Below are positions 34,456 to 45,651 of a DNA stretch of 64,000 nucleotides, piece by piece. Every line of letters starts with the position of its first letter. The first letter of the stretch is position 1. The notes below the pieces were generated by a model, which had not been told where the DNA came from, did not search any database, and worked only from the letters and a program-made list of their open reading frames with translations. A program made the translations under genes and the position numbers. This stretch comes from an uncultured Actinomycetes bacterium (GTDB lineage: Bacteria > Actinomycetota > Thermoleophilia > Gaiellales > Gaiellaceae), in NCBI GenBank assembly GCA_963786725.1, contig CAWBAD010000002.1, positions 125,667-189,666 on the forward strand, read 5' to 3'.

Positions 34456-34794
34456 TCAGACCGCGCCGGGCGACTCGAGCTCGGAAATCACTCTCGCAAC
34501 CTGCCGCGCGCGGCCGCGGGCGATGAGGTGGAGCGGCTTCCGATCGTCGAGCGCCTCGATCGGCTTAGACATCCATACGGGGATGTATTCGGGCGGGATG
34601 ATGCGCGTAAGCCGATCGACGATCTCGGCCAGCTCCGCAACCCGTTCTGCCCGCTTGCCGGTCGGAGAGCTGCGACCGCTGAACCAGTCGCGGACGGTGC
34701 TGGGCGCTGCGCCGGTGGCCAGCGCAACCTGGGTGTCAGAGAGATGCCCGAGGTCGCGAATCCTGATCGCTTCCTCTGCGAATGCCGTCGCCAT
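34456..34794 (-). CDS. Xre-family antitoxin with DUF2384-type toxin-binding domain (MbcA/ParS-like)
   Basis: Intact 112-aa ORF. HTH is LSDTQVALATGAAPSTVRDWFSG. The C-terminus is PVWMSKPIEALDDRKPLHLIARGRARQVARVISELES. It lies directly upstream of the RES gene. Confidence 0.75.
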   Translation of the reverse strand: MATAFAEEAIRIRDLGHLSDTQVALATGAAPSTVRDWFSGRSSPTGKRAERVAELAEIVDRLTRIIPPEYIPVWMSKPIEALDDRKPLHLIARGRARQVARVISELESPGAV

Positions 34795-34801
34795 GCAACT
34801 C

Positions 34802-34831
34802 AGCGTAGCGGCTCCGTCGCTTTTTCGTCAA
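34802..34831 (-). promoter_or_regulatory. putative sigma-70-type promoter giving a (near-)leaderless Xre-RES transcript
   Basis: The minus strand reads TTGACG (34826-34831), 18 nt, TACGCT (34802-34807), 7 nt, ATG (34792-34794). It lies in the 52-nt gap after the upstream GT2 stop. Confidence 0.4.
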
Positions 34832-34846
34832 GATTCCGCGGCGAGG

Positions 34847-35945
34847 CTACCGCGTGCCGGGAGCCTTGTCCCACACCGCAGGCACGCCGCGCTCGGCGTA
34901 GTTCTTCAGCGACTCGACGGTGCCCCACGTGACGAGCGTGTAGTAGCGCGCGAGGCCGGGCCGACGGGCCGCCTCGGCGAGAAACGCGAGCTGTCCGAGC
35001 CACGCGAGCCGATAGATCCCGCCGCGCCGCGAAAGCAGGAAGCTCGAGCCGAGCAGCGCGAGGTGCAGCACACCGCTCCCGTAGCGCAGGTGACGGTGCG
35101 AGACGAGCTTCACGAGGTACCCGGGCGGCAGGTTCTCCAGCATCCGGCCCTTGTGCAGCATGAGCCAGCCGTGCTCGAACATCCGCACCTTGCGGCGGTA
35201 CTCGTCCTCGACGTCGGGTGTCGGCTTCTCGAAGGCAAGCGCAGCCGGGTCGTACACCGCGCGCCGGCCGCGCTGCACCATGAGGTACGGGAACGACAGG
35301 TCGTGGCCGAAGCGCGTGTCGACGTCGACGTAGTCGGAGCGGCGCACGGCGTAGATGGAGCCGTTGCCGCCCGTGATCGAGCCCGTCTCCGACTCCTGCT
35401 CACGCAGCCAGTGTCTCGAGCGCCAGTAGGCGCCCTCGACGTTCGTGCCGTCCGCCGTCCTCCAGCACGAGCCGGCCGCAGACGTAGGCGACCTCGGGGT
35501 CGGCGAAGGCGCGGACGAGCAGGCGCAGCGCGTCGGGCGCCCACGTCGCATTCGCGTCCGAGAACGCGACGACGTCGGCCTTCGAGTGCGCGACGGCGAG
35601 ATTCTGCGCGGCCACCTTGCCGCCGCGCGGGCACTCGAGCAACGACACGCGCGGCTCGCGCGCAGCGATCTCGCGACGATCGCGTCGGTGCGGTCCGTGG
35701 ACGCGTCCGAGGCGACGACGATCTCGACGAGCCCGGTCGGGTAGTCGAGCTCGAGGAGGTTCTCGACGCGCCGCGCGATCACGTCCTCCTCGTCGTGGGC
35801 GGCGACGATGACCGTCACCGTGCGGCAGGACGTCCTCGCGCCGCACCGGCCTCGGCGCGATCCGCGCCGCGGCGGCAGCGGCGGCCGGATAGCCGACGTG
35901 CGTCCACGCGAGCGCCGCGAGGCTGCCCCAGAAGACCTTCCGCAT
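34847..35945 (-). CDS. GT2 family glycosyltransferase, processive-synthase-like with C-terminal TM segments
   Basis: MRKVFWGSLAALAWTHVGYP..., TVIVAAHDEEDVIARRVENLLELDYPTGLVEIVVASDASTDRT, GKVAAQNLAVAHSKADVVAFSDANA, GGNGSIYAVRR, EDEYRRKVRM. At least 3 frame changes. Confidence 0.75.
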
Positions 35946-35949
35946 CAGG

Positions 35950-37162
35950 TCACCAGCTCCCGAGCACTTCGCGGTAGCGGCCGAGCGCCACGCGGGTGTC
36001 CGCGTCCTGCCGTCGACGTACGCGCGCCCGCGCGCGCCCATCGCCTCGAGGTCGTAGCGGCCCTCGTACGCGTCGCGAATCACCTCGGCGAGCAGCTCGG
36101 GGCGGCTGGGCGGGATGACGATGCCGCAGCCGACTCGCTCGACCACCTGGGCGGTCTCGCTCTCCGGGTCGGCCGCGACGACGACCGGCCGGCCGGCGGC
36201 CATGATCCCGTACAGCCGGCTCGGCACGACGAAGCCGGCGAGGCCCTCGGCGAGCCCGACGAAGTGCAGGTCGTGCCGCGGACAGCGACATCGGGCAGCA
36301 CGTCGCGCGCCTGGTACGGCAGCGAACGCAGCTTGTCGGCCTGCAGCCGCTCGGCGAGGCGAACGAGGTCCATGTAGCGCGCGCCGCCGCCGATGATCAC
36401 CACGGAGAGCTCGTCGAGGTCGCGGAGGAACGTCGTCGCCCGCACGAGCGTCTCGAGGTTCTGGGCATGGCCGATGTTGCCCGAGTGCATGACGACGAAC
36501 TTTCCGGACAACCGGTTGAGCCGCGACCACGGCGTTGTCCCGCGGCTGCGGCGCGATCGCCTCCGTGTCGACCCAGTTCGGAATCACGCGGATGCGATCG
36601 GCCGGAGCGCCCTTCTCCTCCAGCCGGCTGCGCATCGTGTCGCCGATCGCGACGACGCGGTCGGCGCGCTTGAGATAGAGCCCGATCAGCTGGCGGAGCG
36701 TCGCCCACGAGCAGCCGGTTGTTGAGCCGCCCGAGCTGGGTGGCGATCTCCGGGAAGACGTCTTCGGAGATGACGAGCAGCGGCACGCCGAATCGCCTGG
36801 CGACGGCGAGGCCCGACGTCGCCGACCATCGGCGGATCGGTCATGCAGAGGACGAGGTCGGGCCGCGGCCCGGTCAGTCCCTGGAGTAGCGAGCTGCCGA
36901 TGTACGAGACGTAGTTGAGCGCCCGCAGGCCGAGATTGGCGCGCTCGAAGGCAGTCGACGACACGCGCACGATCTCCACGCCGTTGCGCACCTCGCGCCG
37001 CGGGAGCTGCTCGTGGCCGCGCAGCACACCGGTCAGCACGCGGATCTCGTACTCGTCGGCGAGCGCCTCGCAGAGCTCGGTGAGCAGGTGCGCCGTCGCC
37101 TCGACGCCCGGCCAGTAGTACTGGTTGACGACGAGCAGGCGTGGCTTTGCGGGCTCGCTCAC
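35950..37162 (-). CDS. GT4 family glycosyltransferase (WcaI-like)
   Basis: GTG 37160-37162 gives SEPAKPRLLVVNQYYWPGVEATAHLLTELCEAL. Further motifs: FVVMHSGNIGHAQNLETLV, DLHFVGLAEGLAGFVVPSRLYGIMAAGRPVVVAADPESE. It ends ...YREVLGSW*. Confidence 0.75.
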
Positions 37163-37188
37163 GGCGCAGAAGGCTACCGTCCACCCGC

Positions 37189-38384
37189 ATGCAGAGGTGC
37201 TCCGCTGCGGATTCTCTTCGCCGCGCCGGCCTGGTGGCCGGCGGTCGCCTTCGGCGGGCCGATCCCGGTCACGCGAGAGCTGACCGAGCGGCTGGCGGCG
37301 CACGGCCACGACGTCTCGGTCGTGACGACGACGCTCGTCGACCTCCACTCGCGGGCCTCGGCGAGGTCGCGCACGGAGACGCACGGCGGCGTGCGCGTCG
37401 ACGTACCTCTCGACGCCGATCAGCTACCGCTGGATGGGCATCACGCCGTCGCTTCCGGTCGCCCTCGAGCGGCTGGAACGGCCCGACGTCGTGCACGTGC
37501 TCGGCTTTCGCGACGCCAGTGTCGACGGGCGTCGCGGCGTGGGCACGGCTGCGGCGCATCCCGTACGTCTTCGAGCCGCTGGGGATGTTCGAGCCGCGCC
37601 TGCGCAAGGTGGCGCTGAAGCGGGCGCTCGACGCGACGCTGTACCGCGGCGTCGCGGGCGGGGCGGCGGCGGTCGTCGTCAGCTCCGAGCGCGAGGCGGG
37701 GCACCTTCGCGACGGCGGCGTGCGCGTCGACCGCGTGCGCGTGCGCGGCAACGGATTCCCTGATCCCGACGTCGATGCCTGCGACTCGCGGCGTGCTGCG
37801 GGGCGAGCTCGGCATCCCCGAGGAGGCGCCGATCGTGCTCTACGTGGGGCGTATCGCCTCCGGCAAGGGGATCGATCATCTGCTCGCGGCAACGCGCGAG
37901 CTGACGGACGTGCATCTCGTGCTCGTCGGGCCGGACGATCGCCACGGCGCAATCGACCAGGTTCGCGCGGCGCAAGCGCGGACCGGCCGCGTACACACGC
38001 TCGGCGCGACGGCCGAGCCGCCCCTCCACCTGTACGCCGAGGCGGACGTCCTCTGCCTGCCGTCGGCCGGCGAGAGCTTCGGCATGGCCGCCGCGGAGGC
38101 AGCTGTCGGCTGGAACGCCGGTCGTCGTCACGGACCGGTGCGGCATCGCAGGCTTCTTCCAGGAAGGGGAGGCGCTCGTCGTCCCCTACTCGGCAGCGGC
38201 AGTGACGAGCGCGTTGCGTCAGGTGCTCGGCGACGAAGAGCTGCGCAGCTCGCTTGCGGCCGGGGGCGTAGCGGCGGCGCGGCGGACGTCGTGGGAGCGA
38301 GTGACCGCCCACCAGGAGGAGATCTACCGCGAGGCGATCGCTTCGCGGCAGGCTTCGACGAAGGCCTCCACCGACGGCTCGTAG
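37189..38384 (+). CDS. GT4 family glycosyltransferase
   Basis: LRILFAAPAWWPAVAFGGPIPVTRELTERLAAHGHDVSVVTT, IVLYVGRIASGKGIDHLL, LPSAGESFGMAAAEAA.AGTPVVVTDRCGI. It ends ...EEIYREAIASRQASTKASTDGS*. Start is uncertain (ATG 37189 is in a neighbouring frame). Confidence 0.7.
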
Positions 38385-39444
38385 CCCCACGCCGAGACGA
38401 GCTCGCGCGAGCGCGCGCCGTAGCGCTCGCGGAGCGACGGATCGACGGCGAGCAGGCGAAGGGCGTCGGCCGTCGCGGTCGACGTCGCCGAACGGCACGA
38501 GCACGCCGTTCTCGCCGTCGACGCAGCAGGTCGGCTGCAGCGCCGACGCGGTCGGAGAGGACGAGCGGGAGAGCCGACGCCGCGGCTTCGTTCACGACCA
38601 CGCCCCACGGCTCGTGGGCGGAGAGCAGTGCGAAGACATCTGCTGCCGCGTACGCCTCGGCGACGCGGTCCTCGGGAAGCTCGCCGGTGAAGATCGCGGC
38701 GCCGCCCAGGGTCTCGAGGTACGCACGCTCGGGCCCCGAGCCGACGAGCAGCGCGCGGACGTTTGCCGCGGCCACCGCCCGCAGCAGCACGTCGAGGCCT
38801 TTCTCGGCCACGAGCCGCGCGACGCTGACCACAACGACCTCCTCGGCCAGCCCGAGCGCGGCGCGCAGCTCGGAGCGCCTGGCGGCAAGCGCGTCGGCCC
38901 GCTCTGCCCAGGCCGCGACGTCGATCGTGTTCGCGAAGACGCGTACGTGTGCGGGATCGGCTCCCAGCGCGACGACGGAGTCGCGGGCGAGCGACCCGAC
39001 GACAAGCACGGACGCCGCCCCACGTAGGACGGGCGGCACGACCGTCGTCTTCACGTGCCGGCGCCAGCCGGCCTTCGGTCCCGCGTCGTGGCTCTCCACG
39101 AGCAGCACGTACGGAACGCCGCGCAGGCGGCACCAGAAGAGGGCGGCCTGCGAAGCGAACGTGCTCCAGCCTGACACGACGACGACGTCCGGCTGCGCGC
39201 TCCGCAGCGCGTCGAAGATCGAGGGCGTGATCGGATAGTCGTGACGGACCACCCGCCGCGCGCCCGGCACGGCGATGCCGCGAAGGAAGACCGCCTTATG
39301 GTCGAGCACGGTGTTCCATTGCCTGGAGGCGACAGTGTGGGCCGCGTAGATCGCGGTCAGCTCGACGTCGGGGAGCGCGGCGATCCGGTCGAGCAGCGGC
39401 GCCCTGTACGGCGTCGGCTCGGGCGAGACGAACGCAACCCTCAT
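38324..39444 (-). CDS. GT4 family glycosyltransferase
   Basis: MRVAFVSPEPTPYRAPLLDRIAALPDVELTAIY, VVVSVARLVAEKGLDVLL, LSAHEPWGVVVNEAAASALPLVLSDRVGAAADLL. It ends ...EAFVEACREAIASR* (TAG 38324-38326). Confidence 0.75.
38327..38348. other. 22-nt near-perfect palindrome inside the 61-nt overlap of convergent GT4 genes
   Basis: ccgcgaggcgatcgcttcgcgg has one G-T pair. It can form a 9-bp stem with a 4-nt loop on either strand and encodes REAIASR in both genes. Confidence 0.3.
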
Positions 39445-40185
39445 TGCTTCCCCAACTTCCAGGCGAGCTTGCGGACGCTCTCGCGCCAGCGCAAGGGCGC
39501 GCCGAGGTTGCGCCGGAGCTTCCCGCCGCGGAGGACGTGGCTCGCGTCGTGGAGCGTGTACAGGTGCCCCTTGCCGCCCGCGAGCTGGAGGTTCCGCGCC
39601 GCCTCCTCGCCGTAGTACGCCTCGTCCATCCCGCCCTCCACGTGGTCGTATCCGTGCGGCTGGTGGACGGCGCGAACGTCGTGGGTCGCGTCGACGACGA
39701 TGCCGACCTGCGCGCGCCTTCCAGACCAGCCAGTTGTCGAAGCCCGCACGGCCGATGGCGAACGGCGGCACCTCGCCGAAGAGCCCGGCCGGGAAGACGA
39801 ACCAGTCCATGGCCGCAGCGCCGCGCCGCTTGCCGTTCTCCTCCGTCTGGCCGACGAGGAGGAAGCGCTGCTGCCTGGCCCGAGACGGTGCGCGCGGCTA
39901 TCGAGCAGGTCGTGGCCGAAGATGACGTCCGCGTTGACGAAGCAGCGCAGCGGGAAGCGGGCCGACGCCGTCGGCGAGCGCGAACGCGGAGTCGAGCCGC
40001 GGCGTGCCGTGCACCGTCAGCTCCAGGCCGGCCACGTGCTCGACGTTCAGCTCGCGTGCGGCGTCCTCGACGTCGCCGAGGAGGAGCACCTGGACGCCGA
40101 GCGCGCGCCAGCTCTCGACCGAGCGGCGCTGCAGGGCGCCAATGTCGCCTTCGAACGGCTTCGGCACCGAGAAGAGGGTCAGCAC
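39441..40185 (-). CDS. hypothetical protein, possibly a small GT-A-like glycosyltransferase of unassigned family
   Basis: GTG 40183-40185 gives LTLFSVPKPFEGDIGALQRRSVESWRALGVQVLLLGDVEDAAREL. Further parts: MDWFVFPAGLFGEVPPFAIGRAGFDNWLVWKAR, VVDATHDVRAVHQPHGYDH. It ends ...KLAWKLGKQ*. Overlaps both neighbours. Confidence 0.4.
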
Positions 40186-41386
40186 AGCTCAGCGTAGAGG
40201 TCGAGGTACGCGTCCACCTGCCGGTCGAGCGAGAAGCGCGCGCGGGCGTCGGCCGCGGCCGCGGCGCCCATGCGAGCACGGCGCTCGTCGTCGGCGAGCA
40301 GCTCCGAGATCGCCGCCGCGAGAGCTCTGTGGATCCCCGGGCTCGACGAGCACGCCCGTCTCGCTCGGTCAGCTGCTCCGGGATCCCGCCCACACGAGCG
40401 AGCGACGACCGGCACGCCGCACGCGAGCGCCTCCAGCACGGCCAGAGGGTGGTTGTCGGCCTTCGTCGCGTGGACGTAGACGTCGGCTCGACGGAGCCAC
40501 TTCGCGACTTCCTCCCGACCCTGAAACGGCTCCGAGCGTAGCGTCACGCTTCCGATCCGCTCCTCGGGGCCTCCTTCGCCGAGCGCGACGGCAAGCAGCC
40601 GCCGGTCGTGGAGCAGCTCGAGGGCCCCACGCAGCGTTTCGAAGTCCTTGTACGGGTTCGTCCGAGCGCCCTGGGCGGCAAACACGACGACGGGCTCGTC
40701 AAGCTCGTTGCGTCGCTCCGGAGCGAAGAGCCCGGTGTCGATCCCGTTCGGGAATCACGCGCGCGGAGGCGATCGCCGGCGCGAGCATCGAACGCTGGGC
40801 GCGCTCCAAGAGCCACGCTGACGGGCAAACGACGTGCAGCTGCGATCGTTCGTAGAGGGCTGCCTTACGGCGCCAGTTCTCAGCCGTCCCGTCGACGCGC
40901 AGCGCGGGATAGGAGTCGAGGTGCGGGCACGATCCGCACCCCGTCGAGCCAGCGCTCGGAGTCGAGCGTGTACGCGCAGTGGCCCGTGTACAGCCATTCG
41001 TCGTGCATGGTCACGACGGTCGGCTGTCGCGCCGAGAGCTCGGGCAGCACACGCAGGTCGAAGTAGCCGCCGTGGAGGTTGTGGAGATGAAGTACGTCGG
41101 GCGGGCGCGGCGGCAGCTCGAGCACGCGATGCGAGGCCGGGAAGCGGAAGTCCTCTCGACCGCGAAGCGTGTCGAGCAGGACGCCGCGGATCGCGCAGCG
41201 CCCGCGCGCGTCTCGTACGAGCGTCACCGATCTGCGACCACGCCGTCCTCCCCGTCCGCGAGCGAGCCCCACGGCGAGCCACGCGTCGATGTCCGCGCTC
41301 TCGGTACGCGCGATGCAGTGCGAGCGAGACGACTTCGGCGCCACCGCCGATGTCGGAGGAGTTGACCTGGAGGACGAGAGCGTCAT
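40179..41386 (-). CDS. GT4 family glycosyltransferase
   Basis: ATG 41384-41386. VLHLHNLHGGYFDLRVLPELSARQPTVVTMHDEWLYTGHCAY, HATKADNHPLAVLEALACGVPVV. It ends ...VDAYLDLYAELC*. Several frame changes. Confidence 0.7.
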
Positions 41387-42371
41387 CGCCCGCGAGCGTA
41401 GGCCGCCAGCTCGCGCGCGGCCTCGCCGAACCGCCCGTGACGCAGCGCGCGCTTGAAGATCAGGCCGCGTGCTCGACGCGCGAGCTCCTGACGCGAAGGC
41501 GCCCCGTCGACGGCCGCGGCCGCGTCGAGCAGCGCCGCCGCCTCGTCGTCCCTGCCGCACGCGCGTCGAGCGTCGCCGCCCAGCTGCACCGCGTCGGACA
41601 CGATCGTCTCGTCGAGCCGCTCGCGAGGCACGCCGAGCCGTGCGAGCACCGCCTCGTCGAGCCGCTCGACACCGTCCAGCGGATCCGGCTCTCCGCGCCG
41701 GCGCCTGATCGCCGCCTCCCGCACGCAGAGGAAGCCGAGCGCCTGGCGCTCGAGCGCAGTCACAGAGAACTGCCCGGGATGGAGCCGGTAGCGGATGACC
41801 GGCTTCGCGAGCGCGGCACCCCGTAGCGCTCGTCGAAGCGCAGCCAGAGGTCGTAGTCCTCGGACTGGTCGAGCCGGTAGCCGCCGAGCGCCCGGAACGC
41901 GTCGGCGCGCATCATCACCGTCGCGTGCGTGAGCTCGTTGCGGACGAGGAAGTCGAGCTGTGGCCGGCCGGGCTCACGGTCGATCTCGCGGCCTGTCTCG
42001 TCGACGAGCACGATCCCGCCGCCGAGCAGTGCCACGTCCGGATGCGCGTCGAGGTACGCGACCTGGCGCTCGAGCCGGTCGGGCAGCATCACGTCGTCGG
42101 CGTCCATGCGCGCGATCAGCGGCGCCCGTGCCAGCGCGCAACCGGCGTTGAGAGCCACGGTCAGGCCGCCCGGCTCCTGCCGCTGCACGCGCACGCGGGA
42201 GTCGCGCTGCGCCGCCTCGGCCAGAATCGCCGGCGTCGCGTCGGTCGAGCCGTCGTCGACGACGATCAGCTCGAGGTCGTCGAGCGTCTGCGCGAGCGTC
42301 GAGTCGAGCGCCTCGCGGAGAAAGCGCTCTCCGTCCCGCACGGGCATGACAACGCTGACCCGCGGCGTCAT
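41383..42371 (-). CDS. GT2 family glycosyltransferase with about 125-aa C-terminal extension
   Basis: MTPRVSVVMPVRDGERFLREALDSTLAQTLDDLELIVVDDGSTDAT, ARMDADDV, EDYDLWLRF. After one frame change it continues into ORF 41383..41763 (...RYRLHPGQFSVTALERQALGF...). Confidence 0.75.
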
Positions 42372-43414
42372 CCGACGAGCTCCGCGAACAGCGTCCTGTG
42401 CCGCTCCACCCACGGTGCGAGATCGAAGCGCTCGACGGCGCGCGCACGCGCCCGCTCGCGATAGGAGCCGAGCGAGGCCAGCACCGTTCGCACAGCGTCG
42501 GCCAGCTCGTCAGGCGCAGGAGGAACGTCTCGCTCCCACGTCGTCTCGCGACGTCGACGCCGATCCCGGCCTCGCCCACCAGCTCAGGCACGCCCCCGCT
42601 CGCCGAGTGGACGACCGGCACGCCACAGGCGAGCGCCTCGAGCACCACGTTCGGGCACGGGTCGTCGCACCTTGGGATGGAGGAGCACGTGTGCGCGGCG
42701 GTAGAGCGCAGGGGCATCCCGCTGGGCGTAGCGGCCGACGAGCTCGACGCGCTCGGCGATCCCCAGCTCGCCGATCAGCTGCTCGCCGCCGACTACGGCG
42801 CCGGTCACGAGCAGGCGCGCCTCGGGCAGCAGCGCCAGCGTCGCGTAGCGCGGTCTCCAGGCGATAGGTCTGCGACTGGTCGCCGGCGAGCAGGAGCAGC
42901 GGGGCGCCTGCCGGCGCGCGCTCGGACGGGCGTGAACTCGTTCGTGTCGACGGCGTTTCGCAGGATCTCCCACGATCCCGCGGGCGGGCCGAGGAACTCG
43001 TCGGCCGCCTGCTTGCAGAACTCGCCCTGGTAGACGACGTGGCGCAGCAGCCCCGAGCACGCCGCGTAGCCGGTCGTTCAGCCGCTCCGTGTCGGCTCCC
43101 GCCCACGCCGGATACGCCACCCCGTCTTGGTTGACGACGACAGGCGCACCGCGACGCCGTGCGAGCGCGATCACCGTCTGCTCGTCAGTCGGCAGCGAGC
43201 TCGAGCCGAGATAGAGGAGATTGAAGTCGCGCGGCCGGTGCGGGAAGGCGGCCTGCAGGCGCTGGAACTTCACCATCCCGCCCTCGACGGCTTCGCCTGG
43301 TGCTGGGATGCGGCGATGGCCGTAGGAGACGGCGACCTCCCCGCGGGCCGGCCGCGACAGCGCGATCAGCGCCGCGCGAGCCTTCGCGCGCAGCCACCCT
43401 CCGGCGCTTCTCAT
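42368..43414 (-). CDS. GT-B fold glycosyltransferase (GT4-like)
   Basis: MRSAGGWLRAKARAALIALS..., FNLLYLGSSSLP, VVVNQDGVAYPAWAG, HPKCDDPCPNVVLEALACGVPVVHSASGGVPELV. ATGA overlaps at both ends. Confidence 0.6.
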
Positions 43415-44537
43415 GACTCGCCCAGAGCGACGAACCCGGTCGAGCAGCTCGCGCCAGCGCGGCGCGAGCGCGTCGTAGGAGCACTCCTCGGCCGTAGCCC
43501 GTCCGGTCGGCCGCCAGCCGCGCCAGCGTCTCGTCCGGAGCCTCCGCGACATAGCCCGCCCAGTCGGCGATGCCGTTCGCGTCCTCCACGTCGACGATGT
43601 AGCCGTTCCGCGAGTGGCTGACGAGATCGGCCGCCTGGCCGACCCGCGTCGTCACGAGCGGGACGCCGGTCGCCATCGCCTCCAGCACGGCCTTCGGCCC
43701 GCCCTCGTCGCGCGAGGTGACGAGGCAGACGTCGAGCGCGCGGTACGCCTTGGCCACCCCGTCGTGTCCGTGGACGAGCACGTGCTTGTACGGGACGCCG
43801 AGCCGGTCCAGGCCCTGCTTCACGTAACCGCGCGCGGGCGCCGTGAGCAGTAGCCACAGCTCCGGGACGCGCATTCGCGAGCCGTTCCACCGCGTCGAGC
43901 AGCACGTCGGGGCCCTTGATCAGCTTCGGTTCCAGCCCCTCCTCCCAGCCGACGCCGTCCTTCTGGAACGAGCCGGCGACGAACGCGTCCTCCGGCAGGC
44001 CGAGCTTCGCCCGCGCCTCGGCCCGCTCGGCCGGCGTGCGCAGCGTGAAGCGCTCGAGGTCGATGCCGATCGGGATCCGGAACACCTTCTCCGCGCGACA
44101 CACCGGCCTCCAGCACGAGCTCCTCCATCGCCCGCGACGGCACCTGGATCCGGTCGAGCTCCTCGTGCCGGCGTCCGCACGGCCTCGTAGCACGTGTCGA
44201 ACTCCGGCATCCCCTTCGTCCCTGGTCGGCCGTGGAGATACGCGACGCCGAGCCGGTTGCCGTTGCGCTCGAACGGCTGGCCGAGCAGCGCGAACTGGCT
44301 CGCGTGGAAGACGGACTGGTCGCGCACAGCCGACACCCAGCTCTCGCTGCCGACCTGCGCGCCGAGCCGCTCCGCCATGCGCGCAATCTGGCGAGCGTCG
44401 TCGGCGATCGCCCAGTCGTTCCCGTCACCTGCAACGAAGAGACGCGAATGGTCGCGCCACGTCTTCGTCCGGGCCTCGATCGCCCAACGGCGCAGCGGAC
44501 TGGCCACTGGTCTCACGACGTCTCGCGCAGACTTCAC
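43411..44537 (-). CDS. GT-B fold glycosyltransferase (GT4-like)
   Basis: GTG 44535-44537 gives KSARDVV...LFVAGDGNDWAIADDARQIARMAERLG. Further motifs: FRIPIGIDLERF, TSRDEGGPKAVLEAMATGVPLVTTRVGQAADLV. Several frame changes. Confidence 0.65.
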
Positions 44538-45479
44538 GGGCGCAGCACCTCGAGGTAGCGATCTGCGGTCTCGGCGAGCGACGGAACGCGGATGGCCGCT
44601 TGCAGCTCGGCCCAGCGCTCGACGAGCTCGTCGAGGCGCGTCGCGGCTTCGGCCGCGTCGCGGAAGGGCAAGCCCGCCGCCGCCGACGACCTCGGCGTTC
44701 GAGCCGCTGTCCACGTACAGGGCCGGGAGGCCACACGCAAGCGCTTCGAGCAGTGAGTTCGAGCACGCTTCGTTGAGGCTCGCGAAGACGAAGACGTGAT
44801 GCTCGCGGAGCAGCCGAGCGACTTCAGCCGACGGCACCGGAGGGACGATGCGTGCCTGTTCGAAGCCGACGGGCGAGCGGCCGACGAACGTCAGCTGGAA
44901 CCGCGCCGGATCGAGCTCACGCTCGAGCTCCGCGATCACGTCGGCGCCCTTGCGCGGGTTGTCGGACCAGCTCGTCGTGATCAGGCATACGGGCTCCCCC
45001 GCGCGAAGCTCCACGCGACCGTCGGCGTTGAACACCGCGGGATCGGGCGCGTTCGGGATCACGACCGGCTCCCGCAGCTCCAACCCCAGCTCGCGATGCT
45101 TCTCGAGGCTATAGCGGGACTGGAAGACCGTCGCGGTCGCCAGCTCGCTGTTGAGCTCGTAGATGTGGCGATCGGTACCGTCGTCGAAGCCTCGGTAGAC
45201 GCCAATCGGGCCGTCCACGCGATGCACCATCCGGCAACCCGCGCGGGCGAAGCGGCGCAGTCGGCGATCGTCGAAATTGAACGAGTTGAAGAGGCAGACG
45301 GGCGTCTCGCCGGAGATGCGGTTCACTTCGATCTCGAGGCCCCGCCGGCGAAGCTCGCCCACCAGCCCGGCGAGAAACTGATTGCCACCCCCGGAGGGCG
45401 GCGGTGCGAAGTCGTGGAAGACGGCGAGATCGGCGCGGCCGCGACGGGACGTCAGGCGGGCGACCTCGGTGCCTGCCAT
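44534..45479 (-). CDS. GT-B fold glycosyltransferase (GT4-like), first gene of the 45.5->38.3 kb minus-strand operon
   Basis: MAGTEVARLTSRRGRADLAVFHDFAPPPSGGGNQFLAGLVGELRRRGLEI, ASLNEACSNSLLEALACGLPALYVDSGSNAEVV. It ends ...YLEVLRP*. An alternative GTG start lies at 45584. Confidence 0.65.
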
Positions 45480-45651
45480 ACGGCTCAAGCCGCCCCAGGC
45501 CTTGCGGGCGTGGACGTACGCGGCGCGAGGGGTTGTGCGGAGATTCACGCCGAGAAGTAGACCACGCGCTGGCGCGCCCTTCACATCGTCGTGGTTCCGA
45601 CGTCACAGCCCGCCGGCGCGGGTAGGCCTTCCTGCGCCATCCCTAAGCTAA

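Noticed and set aside
41383-41763. A 126-aa ORF as an independent small gene between a GT2 and a GT4.
   Set aside because: Its N-terminus continues the GT2 sequence (...RYRLHPGQFSV-TALERQALGF...) after one frame change. It is better read as the C-terminal extension of the GT2 at 41383..42371.
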